A DNA stretch of 64,000 nt from Opitutales bacterium (lineage in GTDB: Bacteria > Verrucomicrobiota > Verrucomicrobiia > Opitutales > JABSRG01): contig JBMYOQ010000012.1 of NCBI GenBank assembly GCA_049599475.1, forward strand, positions 1-64,000, in the 5' to 3' direction. The notes under the pieces are model-generated. The model worked only from the letters and a program-made list of their open reading frames with translations. It made no database searches and was not told where the DNA came from. Positions 1-9,788 of this stretch are shown in pieces (within the stretch, counting starts at the first letter, position 1; each line of letters begins with the position of its first letter). A program made the translations under genes and the position numbers.

Positions 1-52
1 ATGGTGCACTTTCACCCGCAAATTACTGGTGCATTTTAACCGCAAACCGACA
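1..52. mobile_element. Probable terminal end of an IS21-family insertion sequence (element body lies left of the window)
   Basis: Two imperfect direct repeats, TGGTGCACTTTCACCCGCAAA (2-22) and TGGTGCATTTTAACCGCAAA (27-46), followed by CCGACA ending in CA at 52. This is the tandem transposase-site plus terminal TG/CA layout of IS21 ends. Confidence 0.65.
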
Positions 53-539
53 GTGTGTATCCAGGGAATCCCCAATAAAGAGGCTGTGAGCTGATTTGAT
101 AGGATCCCTGTGTGATCTCGTCGGCGAGTGTAATTGTGATCGTATCGGACCCCATAGTCATCGATGTATCCAATTGGAAATTCAAATAAGACTCTGGGCT
201 TCCGAGCTGGATTAGCGTGTCAGATTGAAAATCGATGTAGTTTTCATCCCATACATCTAGTTGCGGCTCGTCTGGAAATTGGTCGAAATAATAGTATGGT
301 TCGATGACCGTCTCTTCCGGGAAGAAAACAGTCTCTGTCTGGGGGTCTGTAGGAGCGTAAAAGGTGAATTCTAGATCAACTACGGCCTCCGAAATTAGGT
401 CGTAAGTTAAATAACCCTCGAGCCTTGCACCATCATTGAATATGGCGTTGTGGAGGTAATATGTATTGGAAAAACTACTCGCTTGAATTTGCGGTGAGAT
501 TGCGCCCAGAAGAATTGCTGTTGGGATGGTTCTAAACAT
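36..539 (-). pseudogene. Secreted acidic beta-rich protein, PEP-CTERM-like N-terminal domain; 3' end probably truncated by the IS end
   Basis: Signal-peptide-like N-terminus. Start overlaps the upstream stop (TAATG at 539). The last codons SVCG* are read from the IS-like end (52 to 36). Confidence 0.55.
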
Positions 540-1387
540 TAGCTTCGTCTTTGTTTCCGGATGACTGTTACCCCCAGGGTGATGAGTCCTGCGATCGCCG
601 CATACGTTGAGGGTTCGGGGACAGCGGGACCTGGATTGTTTGCCAGGCTAGGGTTTAGCTCGATGGGCGTGTTGCCGGCGCCTGGATAAGGTTCGTCGGT
701 GTAATAATAATTGAGAGTAATCGTTCCCTCAAATTCTGCATCCATTCGAGCACCCCCGAGTGATAAGCCAAGGCCTGATTCGCCAGGTAGTGATCGTGTA
801 TCATAGAACCCAACAGTGGCCTCAACCCCGAATCGCGCTTCCAGGTTGTTTGCTGCGGGTGTTCCGGGGCTACCGCCAAGGGTGTCGGTCAAGAAGTAAC
901 GATCCGTGTAGAATGCTGAATCGACCGTTTGTATCTGTGGCCCTCCACCGGTGAGTGTTGGAAATGTATCTGATGAATTAACTGTGGCGAATTCGCTGTC
1001 TCCGAAGGTGATGCGTTCGGTGTTTGCAGTGAAGAAAGGCTCGTTTCTCTGACTCCACAGGCTGCCTTCTATTTCCAACGCAAGGGATACTGAATTAATC
1101 TGAAAGTCAGCGCCCTCATCTACCGCATTTGCGAAGAGGTCGTAACTCACTGAGAAATCCGAGAATTCCACTTCGATTCTTTCAAGATTACTCCAATCCT
1201 CGGGTGGGGTGTAAACTGGAAAGACGAATTGGGCGGCGTAGCTTGCGGATGCCGACTGTGCTTGTGTGCCGTCAAGGTCCTCCACTCTAATGGATTCTGA
1301 GAAACGTGTGGTACTGGAGACAACGGTGGCTCCGAGGCTGGCAGTGATGCCGAGTGAAATGAGAGATAAACGTACTATTTGAGTCAT
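539..1387 (-). CDS. PEP-CTERM sorting-domain protein
   Basis: C-terminal VPEPSTYAAIAGLITLGVTVIRKQRRS (PEP motif, TM helix, basic tail). The signal peptide MTQIVRLSLISLGITASLGA places the start at 1387 rather than 1531. Confidence 0.9.
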   Translation of the reverse strand: MTQIVRLSLISLGITASLGATVVSSTTRFSESIRVEDLDGTQAQSASASYAAQFVFPVYTPPEDWSNLERIEVEFSDFSVSYDLFANAVDEGADFQINSVSLALEIEGSLWSQRNEPFFTANTERITFGDSEFATVNSSDTFPTLTGGGPQIQTVDSAFYTDRYFLTDTLGGSPGTPAANNLEARFGVEATVGFYDTRSLPGESGLGLSLGGARMDAEFEGTITLNYYYTDEPYPGAGNTPIELNPSLANNPGPAVPEPSTYAAIAGLITLGVTVIRKQRRS

Positions 1388-1446
1388 TGCTGCGAGATGT
1401 TTGAATTTTTCAGCTCTCAAAATAGGGAATGGCGGAGAAGAATGAT

Positions 1447-1487
1447 ATACCCACAAAGGTATTCGGAATCTCCCCAATTTGGGGGAG
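1447..1487. promoter_or_regulatory. Two palindromic putative regulator-binding sites between divergent genes
   Basis: ATACC-N6-GGTAT (1447-1462) and CTCCCCAATTTGGGGGAG (1470-1487). Confidence 0.4.
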
Positions 1488-1539
1488 TCTTTGAGAATTC
1501 GAAATTGCCAGGCTCCTGTCGCCTTGTTCATTTCGATCC

Positions 1540-3507
1540 ATGCACGGTGGTTGGGCTCAATTATTAGGAGGAATCCAAGGCGCGGTTAAGTGGGTTGGGT
1601 CGAACAGAATCTATCGATTCTATTTCCTGCATGTCTGTTTTCTGGGGTCCCTTGCCGCCACTGACACCGCGCATGTGCAGGCGCTCCTGCATGAAGCGGA
1701 AACATATGATCGAGCAGGTGATTTTCAGGCGGCGTACGATCGTGCTTCCGAAGCGCTCTCATCTTTGGAATCTAAGGATGGCTTTGATGAAGCTATCCGT
1801 GGTGAGGCATATTTGCGTTTTGGGATCGCTGCTTGGGGCTTGGGCGATTTGGAAACTGGATTTAAAAACATCCTTTCGGCATACGGTATTTTTGATGAAT
1901 TGGAGAATCAGGGGAAGGCCGCGCATGCTGCCTCAAATCTCGGGGGCATTTTTGTAGAAACGGGGCAATTTGACCTAGGCATAGAGTACTATCAGGAGGC
2001 TATCCGTAGGTATCGATCGGACGATAGTGAGTCAGATGCACTCGCGAATTCGCTGGGAGACCTTGCTCTTGCCTGGGAAATTATCGGAGACTGGGAGAAG
2101 GCGAATATCATTGAGGCTCAAGCTTTGGAGATGCGACGTAACCTTGATGATATCAGAGGGGTGATCATCAGCCTCAATAATTCGGCTAATCGTTCCTGGC
2201 GTTTCGGGCTAGATTCTGAAGCCGCTCATTCAATGTTTCTAGAGGCGCATGAGCTCTCGCGTGAACTAGGGAGCTCGCTATTTATCGCGGGTACTCAGGT
2301 GGCCCTCGCGACGACCTATGCTTTAAAGGGAGATTATGTGCATGCGGAGACTTTGTTCTCTGAAGCTCAGGAAATATTCGAGGATGCTGAAGTGCCGACG
2401 ATTAACGCGGGTTTCAATGGTGGTTACGCAATCGGTCTGAGCCGTATTGGTGGACTGGAGCATCGCGCTATCGAAATCTTGGAAGATACGCTTGAGACCT
2501 TTGAGCAATATGGACGTCAAGATAGTCGTGATGATTACCTGGATACAATGATTGCGCTGAAGCGGCGAATGGGGCGGAGTGAAGAGGCTTTGGCTTTATT
2601 AGACGAAAAAGAGGCTTGGTTGGCTGAGCGAGATTTAGAGCGCAGGCGGCAAAGGAGTGCTCTTTTGGACACCTTGTTTGAGGTCGAACAAGCGGAGCGT
2701 TCTAGAGATAGAGCTCTCATCGACAGAGCGGAAATGAGCCTGCAGCTGAAAGAGACTGAGGCTTTTAGGAATTATACGATGATTGCGATTCTGGGTGTAG
2801 GGCTCGTCGCAGTGCTTATATACTGGCGAAGTGTTTCCTTGGCTCGTGTGAATCGAAAGATTCGTGAGCAAAACGAGACCTTACGTCGCTTGTCCGATGA
2901 AAAGGAGGCATTCGTAAGAATGGCTTCGCACGACCTAAAATCCCCTCTCGCTGCGATATCGAACACCATAGCCCTCACGCGACGAATGTTATCTAAGAAT
3001 ATTCCAGCGGAAGATGAAACTCTCCGAAAGGTTGAGGAGACGGCGCGTTATTCCTTGGATAACGTAATCGCATTCCTAGACAAAACTTCAGAGTCTGAAG
3101 GTCAAGGCGCGCGAGCAGATCTGGCGACGGTCATAGATACATTGATATCAGCGCATCGTCTAGAGATAGAATCCAAGGCACTCCGCATTCTTCAGGAGGA
3201 TATACACGGCTCAGTGAATATCTCTGGGTCACGCCTCGAACGGATTACGGATAATTTATTTGTGAATGCTCTTAAAGCATCCCCGCGCGGAGGAACGATA
3301 AAAATTGTAGCTGCAGAGAAGGCTGGGTCCGTTGTCCTCGAAATTTTTGACGAAGGGGCGGGGATTGAAAAATTTGAAAAGGGCTCCGGCGTAGGCCTCA
3401 GTGTAGCATCCAGGCTCTTGGAGGACTGTGGTGGCTCGTTGGGAGTCGATAATCGCGTAGATCAAACGGGAGCTCGAGGGTGGGTGTCTATTCCGAGCGA
3501 CAGGTGA
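1540..3507 (+). CDS. TPR-repeat membrane sensor histidine kinase
   Basis: Multiple TPR-like helices, a TM segment (IAILGVGLVAVLIYW), H-box SHDLKSPL, N-box NLFVNALK, G-boxes DEGAG and GSGVGL. TTGCCA lies 35 nt upstream of the ATG. Confidence 0.88.
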   Translation: MHGGWAQLLGGIQGAVKWVGSNRIYRFYFLHVCFLGSLAATDTAHVQALLHEAETYDRAGDFQAAYDRASEALSSLESKDGFDEAIRGEAYLRFGIAAWGLGDLETGFKNILSAYGIFDELENQGKAAHAASNLGGIFVETGQFDLGIEYYQEAIRRYRSDDSESDALANSLGDLALAWEIIGDWEKANIIEAQALEMRRNLDDIRGVIISLNNSANRSWRFGLDSEAAHSMFLEAHELSRELGSSLFIAGTQVALATTYALKGDYVHAETLFSEAQEIFEDAEVPTINAGFNGGYAIGLSRIGGLEHRAIEILEDTLETFEQYGRQDSRDDYLDTMIALKRRMGRSEEALALLDEKEAWLAERDLERRRQRSALLDTLFEVEQAERSRDRALIDRAEMSLQLKETEAFRNYTMIAILGVGLVAVLIYWRSVSLARVNRKIREQNETLRRLSDEKEAFVRMASHDLKSPLAAISNTIALTRRMLSKNIPAEDETLRKVEETARYSLDNVIAFLDKTSESEGQGARADLATVIDTLISAHRLEIESKALRILQEDIHGSVNISGSRLERITDNLFVNALKASPRGGTIKIVAAEKAGSVVLEIFDEGAGIEKFEKGSGVGLSVASRLLEDCGGSLGVDNRVDQTGARGWVSIPSDR

Positions 3508-3535
3508 TTACTCGACCACTCTCGCCGCGAGCGCC

Positions 3536-3826
3536 TTAGTCGGCCCAGACGGCGGGGTGGCACATTTTCGGATCTGGATCAGAGTTCTCGGCAACGTATA
3601 CCGCCATCCGCAAATACTGCAGGCTATCAGGCCTCAGGTCAGGATGGTGACGTTTGACGTCCTCGTGAATGATTTCTGGAGAGCGCCCCTCGAGCTCGAA
3701 TATATCGCGGAAGCCAAGGTCCAGTAGATAACGCGCAACCTCCACCTTCATGCGCGGAATCCGCATAAACGCAGAATGCAGAGCCTCGGTATCTACCTTT
3801 TTCTTTTTCTCTTCGAATGGAAACAC
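3536..3826 (-). CDS. Small helix-hairpin-helix protein (Cdd1/TfoX-C-like)
   Basis: Pattern IP.M...VARYLLDLG..DIFELEGRSPE...LRMAVYVAE..DPDP....W.D. GTG start with a promoter-like TTGAAT...CAGGCT immediately upstream. Confidence 0.65.
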   Translation of the reverse strand: MFPFEEKKKKVDTEALHSAFMRIPRMKVEVARYLLDLGFRDIFELEGRSPEIIHEDVKRHHPDLRPDSLQYLRMAVYVAENSDPDPKMCHPAVWAD

Positions 3827-3896
3827 GCTTTGAGCCTGAAAGGATCGAGCAATTATTCAAATCACGAATGCTCTTTATTTTGGAGTCTGAGTCGGC

Positions 3897-3967
3897 TGTG
3901 CCAAGTGTGCCATTTTGAGAGGTGTGACACTGTGACAAGTGTGACAAAAACGCCGTAGAATGTCTCA
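3897..3967 (+). repeat. TGTG(A/C)CA heptamer array upstream of the dnaK promoter (putative enhancer)
   Basis: TGTGCCA at 3897 and 3906; TGTGACA at 3923, 3931 and 3940; TGTCTCA at 3961. Confidence 0.7.
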
Positions 3968-4054
3968 CTTTTGGGTTTCTGAGGAATATGCATCTAGAGG
4001 CCTAAATTTTATATCTTACTCATAGATAGTGGTTTGCGGTATTTTTAAGACGAA

Positions 4055-4070
4055 TGGCGCTCGGGTTGCA
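4055..4070 (+). promoter_or_regulatory. Sigma-54 (-24/-12) promoter of dnaK-groES-groEL
   Basis: TGGCGCTCGGGTTGCA fits GG-N10-GC with TGGC and TTGCA flanks. Confidence 0.7.
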
Positions 4071-4081
4071 TAGCGGTTGGC

Positions 4082-6037
4082 GTGAGTAAAGTAATTGGAA
4101 TTGACCTAGGAACTACAAATTCGTGTATGGCTGTCATGGAAGGCGGGGAGCAAACCGTCATTCCTAATGCAGAAGGTGCACGCACGACGCCATCCGTCGT
4201 CGCCTTTTCTAAGAACGGAGAACGTTTGGTCGGCCAGTCTGCTAAGCGCCAGGCCGTCACCAATCCTGAAAATACGATTTTCTCAGCGAAACGCCTCATT
4301 GGACGCAAGTTTACTGAAGTCCAAGAAGAAGCTGCCAATCTACCTTACAAGGTAGTCGCGGGTAAGAATGGCGATGCTTACATCGAGTGCCAAGTCGGCG
4401 ACGAGAAGAAGTCCTTCGCTCCAGAGCAAATCTCTGCGATGGTTCTCGGCAAGCTCAAGGCAGATGCCGAAGCCTACCTCGGCGAGAAGGTGACTCAGGC
4501 TGTAATCACTGTCCCTGCTTACTTTAACGATGCTCAGCGCCAAGCTACTAAGGATGCTGGTGCGATCGCGGGCCTCGAAGTGCTCCGTATTATTAACGAG
4601 CCCACTGCAGCGTCTCTCGCTTACGGCCTCGATAAGAAGGGTGAAAGCACCATCGCTGTATATGACTTGGGGGGTGGCACATTTGACGTCTCTATCCTCG
4701 ATATCGCAGACGGAGTCTTCGAAGTAAAGGCTACTAACGGTGACACACACCTCGGTGGTGACAACTGGGATGAAGCCATCATCAACTGGCTCATCGACGA
4801 GTTTAAGTCTGAAAACGGCATCGACCTCCGCCAAGACTCTATGGCCCTTCAGCGCCTAAAGGAAGAAGCGGAGAAGGCTAAGATCGCTCTGTCTTCAGCG
4901 CAGTCTACAGATATCAATCTTCCATTCATCACTGCAGACCAAACTGGTCCAAAGCACTTGAACGTGTCTCTTAGCCGTTCAAAGCTCGAGCAGATCACGG
5001 ACAGCCTTTACGAGCGCACCAAGACTCCAGTTCGTGCATGTATGAAGGACTCGGGTCTGTCTTCTAGCGAGATTGATGAGCTGGTTCTCGTGGGTGGTAT
5101 GACACGTGCGCCAAAGGTTTCTGAGGTCGCTCTCGATCTTACAGGCAAGGAGCCACACAAGGGTGTGAACCCAGACGAAGTTGTGGCGATCGGTGCAGCG
5201 ATTCAGGGTGCGGTACTTAGCGGTGACAGTAATGTCGGTGATGTTCTGCTCCTCGACGTAACTCCACTTACACTCGGTATCGAGACCGCAGGGGGTATGT
5301 CTACGCCGATGATCGAGCGTAATACTACGATCCCTACAAAAAAATCTCAGACTTTCTCAACCTACGCAGATAACCAAACTGCTGTGGACATCAAGGTCCT
5401 CCAAGGTGAGCGCTCCATGTCCAAGGACAACAAGACTCTTGGTAATTTCCGCCTCGATGGTATCAAGCCAGCAGCGCGTGGAACGCCACAGATCGAAGTA
5501 ACTTTCGACATCGACTCCAACGGTATCCTCCACGTCACGGCTAAGGATCAGGACACAGGTAAGGACCAAAAGATCACAATTACCGGTTCTTCAGGTCTCG
5601 ACTCCGATGAAGTCGAAAAGCTCAAGCGCGAAGCAGAAATGCACGCTGAGGAAGACAAGGCTGCTAAGGAAAAAGTCGAAACACGCAATCAGCTCGACAA
5701 CATGGTTTACCAAGTTGAAAAGCAGATCGAAGAGCTCGGTGAAAATGCAGGTCCGATCAAGGCTGAAGTCGACGGTGTAATTGGCGAAGCGAAGAAGGTT
5801 CTCGAGAACCAAGACGCGACTGCTGAAGAGCTGAAGACTGCCAATGATGGCTTGATGGCTGTCTTGCAAAAGATCGCTCAGGCCGCAGAAGCGGCAGGCG
5901 GTGCTGCTGGGCCAGAAGGTGCAGCGGGCGCGGCGGCTGATGCAGGTCCTGCTCCAGATGCAGCACAAGAAGCGAAGAAGGCCGACGATGATGTCGTCGA
6001 TGCAGACTTCGAAGTCGTCGACGACGATAAGAAATAA
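4082..6037 (+). CDS. dnaK: Molecular chaperone DnaK (Hsp70)
   Basis: [25 protein letters not shown] and acidic DADFEVVDD tail. Confidence 0.99.
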   Translation: MSKVIGIDLGTTNSCMAVMEGGEQTVIPNAEGARTTPSVVAFSKNGERLVGQSAKRQAVTNPENTIFSAKRLIGRKFTEVQEEAANLPYKVVAGKNGDAYIECQVGDEKKSFAPEQISAMVLGKLKADAEAYLGEKVTQAVITVPAYFNDAQRQATKDAGAIAGLEVLRIINEPTAASLAYGLDKKGESTIAVYDLGGGTFDVSILDIADGVFEVKATNGDTHLGGDNWDEAIINWLIDEFKSENGIDLRQDSMALQRLKEEAEKAKIALSSAQSTDINLPFITADQTGPKHLNVSLSRSKLEQITDSLYERTKTPVRACMKDSGLSSSEIDELVLVGGMTRAPKVSEVALDLTGKEPHKGVNPDEVVAIGAAIQGAVLSGDSNVGDVLLLDVTPLTLGIETAGGMSTPMIERNTTIPTKKSQTFSTYADNQTAVDIKVLQGERSMSKDNKTLGNFRLDGIKPAARGTPQIEVTFDIDSNGILHVTAKDQDTGKDQKITITGSSGLDSDEVEKLKREAEMHAEEDKAAKEKVETRNQLDNMVYQVEKQIEELGENAGPIKAEVDGVIGEAKKVLENQDATAEELKTANDGLMAVLQKIAQAAEAAGGAAGPEGAAGAAADAGPAPDAAQEAKKADDDVVDADFEVVDDDKK

Positions 6038-6053
6038 TCTTCTCTAAATTTCC

Positions 6054-6086
6054 CGCCCGTAGTGGATAAATCGCTACGGGTGGTTT
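6054..6086 (+). terminator. Stem-loop between dnaK and groES (partial terminator or mRNA-stabilising hairpin)
   Basis: CGCCCGTAGTG-loop-CGCTACGGGTG followed by GTTTT. Confidence 0.5.
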
Positions 6087-6131
6087 TATATAATCATTAC
6101 TCTAACCCAAATATAACAAATATATAGCCAC

Positions 6132-6434
6132 ATGACTACTGTCGCAGTTAATATCAAACCACTCGGTGACCGCGTTCTCGTAAAGTCTATTGAAGAGGAC
6201 GAGCAAATCCGCGGCGGGATCATTATCCCAGATTCCGCTAAAGAAAAATCTCAGGAAGCTGAAGTTGTTGCTCTTGGCACTGGAAAGAAGGACGACGCTG
6301 GAAACGCATACGAGTTCTCAGTAAGCCTCGGTGACAAGGTTCTCGTTAGCCAATACGGCGGTTCAAAAGTGAAGTATGATGGTGTTGAATACACCGTTCT
6401 TCGCGAAGACGACATCATCGCAATCATCGGATAA
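6132..6434 (+). CDS. groES: Co-chaperonin GroES
   Basis: [30 protein letters not shown]. Confidence 0.99.
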   Translation: MTTVAVNIKPLGDRVLVKSIEEDEQIRGGIIIPDSAKEKSQEAEVVALGTGKKDDAGNAYEFSVSLGDKVLVSQYGGSKVKYDGVEYTVLREDDIIAIIG

Positions 6435-6472
6435 TTTACCCAAGCGAATCCACAATTTAGATACACACTTAA

Positions 6473-8137
<1,665 letters not shown>

Positions 8138-8171
8138 TGCCCCTCTTGCGACACTAATATCAATTAGTTTT

Positions 8172-8200
8172 AAGAAGCCCCCGGTAAGGGGGCTTTTTTT
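8172..8200 (+). terminator. Rho-independent terminator of the chaperone operon
   Basis: AAGCCCCC-GGTAA-GGGGGCTT plus T-run. Confidence 0.9.
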
Positions 8201-8269
8201 GTGTTCAAATTGTGTTAGACTTATCCTGACGCCCGATCCTTATTCGATCAATTGAGCGGGCATTACAAA

Positions 8270-8296
8270 AGGTAGAGGCCGACCACTGGGCGGCCA
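8270..8296 (+). repeat. REP element (GTAG family), left copy
   Basis: AGGTAGAGGCCGACCACTGGGCGGCCA: GTAG followed by an imperfect GGCCG...CGGCC hairpin. Exact reverse complement of 8824-8850. Confidence 0.9.
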
Positions 8297-8328
8297 CAGG
8301 TCTTGTGTCTGGAACTATCTAGATTTGG

Positions 8329-8775
8329 TTACCTCTTTTCTACGACAAATGGCCAGGCCTCGGCGTTATCCACAAGTCCTGCTCTGACTGGATTATTGCG
8401 GATATATTCAAGCTTCTCTGCAAATTCCTTTGAATTTCTAAGGCGATGGTCAAAGAAGTCTCGTTGCCATTCTACTGCGAGGTTCTTTGCAGAGTAGGAT
8501 TTGAGGCTCCCGATAATTTGGCTTATTTTGAATTGGTTGGTATTTAAGCTGAGTATTGTGTGGATGTGGTCCGGCATAAAGAGGCAGATATAGCAGTAAA
8601 GTTTGTTTTGGGATTCATACATTTTGAATGTTTTTGTGATCGAATCGAAGTTAGTCTTGTTCGCTAGTTGATTGAACCCTCTTGGCTTCGAGCACAGAGT
8701 GATGAAATATCTCTCTCCTGATGGCACCCAGTTTGGAGGAGTGTGGTATAAACGCTTTTTAGTGAATTCCGGCAT
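8329..8775 (-). CDS. REP-associated tyrosine transposase (RAYT/TnpA-REP, HUH Y1)
   Basis: YFIT, MPDHIH (HUH motif), WQRDFFDHRLR, YIRNNPVRAGLV (catalytic Tyr). AT-rich and flanked by REPs. Confidence 0.93.
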   Translation of the reverse strand: MPEFTKKRLYHTPPNWVPSGERYFITLCSKPRGFNQLANKTNFDSITKTFKMYESQNKLYCYICLFMPDHIHTILSLNTNQFKISQIIGSLKSYSAKNLAVEWQRDFFDHRLRNSKEFAEKLEYIRNNPVRAGLVDNAEAWPFVVEKR

Positions 8776-8823
8776 TTAACTGATACGAAGGTCATTCTGC
8801 TGATTTCGCATATTCTGCACTGA

Positions 8824-8850
8824 TGGCCGCCCAGTGGTCGGCCTCTACCT
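8824..8850 (-). repeat. REP element (GTAG family), right copy
   Basis: TGGCCGCCCAGTGGTCGGCCTCTACCT, a 27/27 inverted match to 8270-8296. Confidence 0.9.
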
Positions 8851-8971
8851 GTAAGACCAGATTAGTGTCAGGTCTCGCGATTTGGTAGTAAGATTTGTAG
8901 ATGAGAAGCAATTGTCATTGGTTTTTAACCACAATCTTGACTATTTCCTCTTTTTCCTACTTCTTATTGTT

Positions 8972-9151
8972 ATGTCTTCAGAATCTAAATCATCCTCAAC
9001 TGCTAAATCATCCTGCTCAAGCGGCGCATGTAAGCCTGAGTCTAAAGGTGGCTGGAAAGAAGGCCAAAACGGCAAAGGAAGTGCACCTCGAAGTATGAGC
9101 ACGACCTTTCGAAACAATTACGACTCCATCAATTGGGGAAAGAAAAGTTGA
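8972..9151 (+). CDS. Small basic protein (59 aa) of unknown function with GKGSAPR...FRNNYDSINW motif
   Basis: Has its own promoter-like TTGACT 35 nt upstream and its own terminator. The motif-like C-terminus resembles a small conserved hypothetical family (from recall). Confidence 0.7.
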   Translation: MSSESKSSSTAKSSCSSGACKPESKGGWKEGQNGKGSAPRSMSTTFRNNYDSINWGKKS

Positions 9152-9158
9152 TTTTTCC

Positions 9159-9190
9159 AAAAGCGGTTTCTCTCAGAAGCCGCTTTTTTT
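9159..9190 (+). terminator. Rho-independent terminator
   Basis: AAAAGCGGTTTCT-CTC-AGAAGCCGCTTTTTTT. Confidence 0.85.
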
Positions 9191-9305
9191 GTGTCAGGAT
9201 GGTTGGTCGCTGCCTGTGTGAAGAGGCGAATCGGGCGAGTTTTGGGGATGAGCGCTGTTTTCGGGCTTGTTTGAAATTGGCATGGGGTTTTCTGTTGTGC
9301 GCGTT

Positions 9306-9665
9306 ATGGAAGACCTTCTCATCATCTCTAAGGAAGAAAAGACCTGGTCGTTGTTCGCTCATTTATCCCCTCTGTTGAGCTATATCGGGATACCCTTGAT
9401 CAATATCATTGCCCCCTTGATCATTTGGCAGATTAAGAAGGACGAGATGTCGTTTGTTGCGATCAATGCGAAGGAGTGTCTCAATTTCCAGATCTCGATG
9501 ACCATTTATGCTCTGATTTGTATACCTCTCGTATTTGTAGGTATCGGAGTTCTGCTGCTTATGGTGCTTGGGGTTGTGGCGCTGATTTTGAGTATTATTG
9601 CCGCGATCAAGGCGAATAATGGGGAGCTCTACCGCTATCCACTTACGATACGTTTCGTACGATAG
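9306..9665 (+). CDS. DUF4870-family membrane protein
   Basis: EEKTWSLFAHLS...APLIIWQIKKD...AKECLNFQIS...YRYPLTIRF pattern with three TM segments. Confidence 0.85.
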   Translation: MEDLLIISKEEKTWSLFAHLSPLLSYIGIPLINIIAPLIIWQIKKDEMSFVAINAKECLNFQISMTIYALICIPLVFVGIGVLLLMVLGVVALILSIIAAIKANNGELYRYPLTIRFVR

Positions 9666-9788
9666 ATCGCGTTCAATCTGGCGAAAAGCGATTTGAGTTT
9701 TGGAAATTTTCGAAACTTCGCGTTACATCCATTCTATGATTCGCAGTCGCTATTTGCCTAGAAACATTTCCATGATGGACGGTAATCG

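Noticed and set aside
3968..4081. CIRCE/HrcA operator upstream of dnaK
   Set aside because: No TTAGCACTC-N9-GAGTGCTAA here or before groES.
9278..9292. TGGCATGGGGTTTTC as a sigma-54 promoter
   Set aside because: Lacks the -12 GC; TTGAAA 35 nt before ATG 9306 explains the region better.
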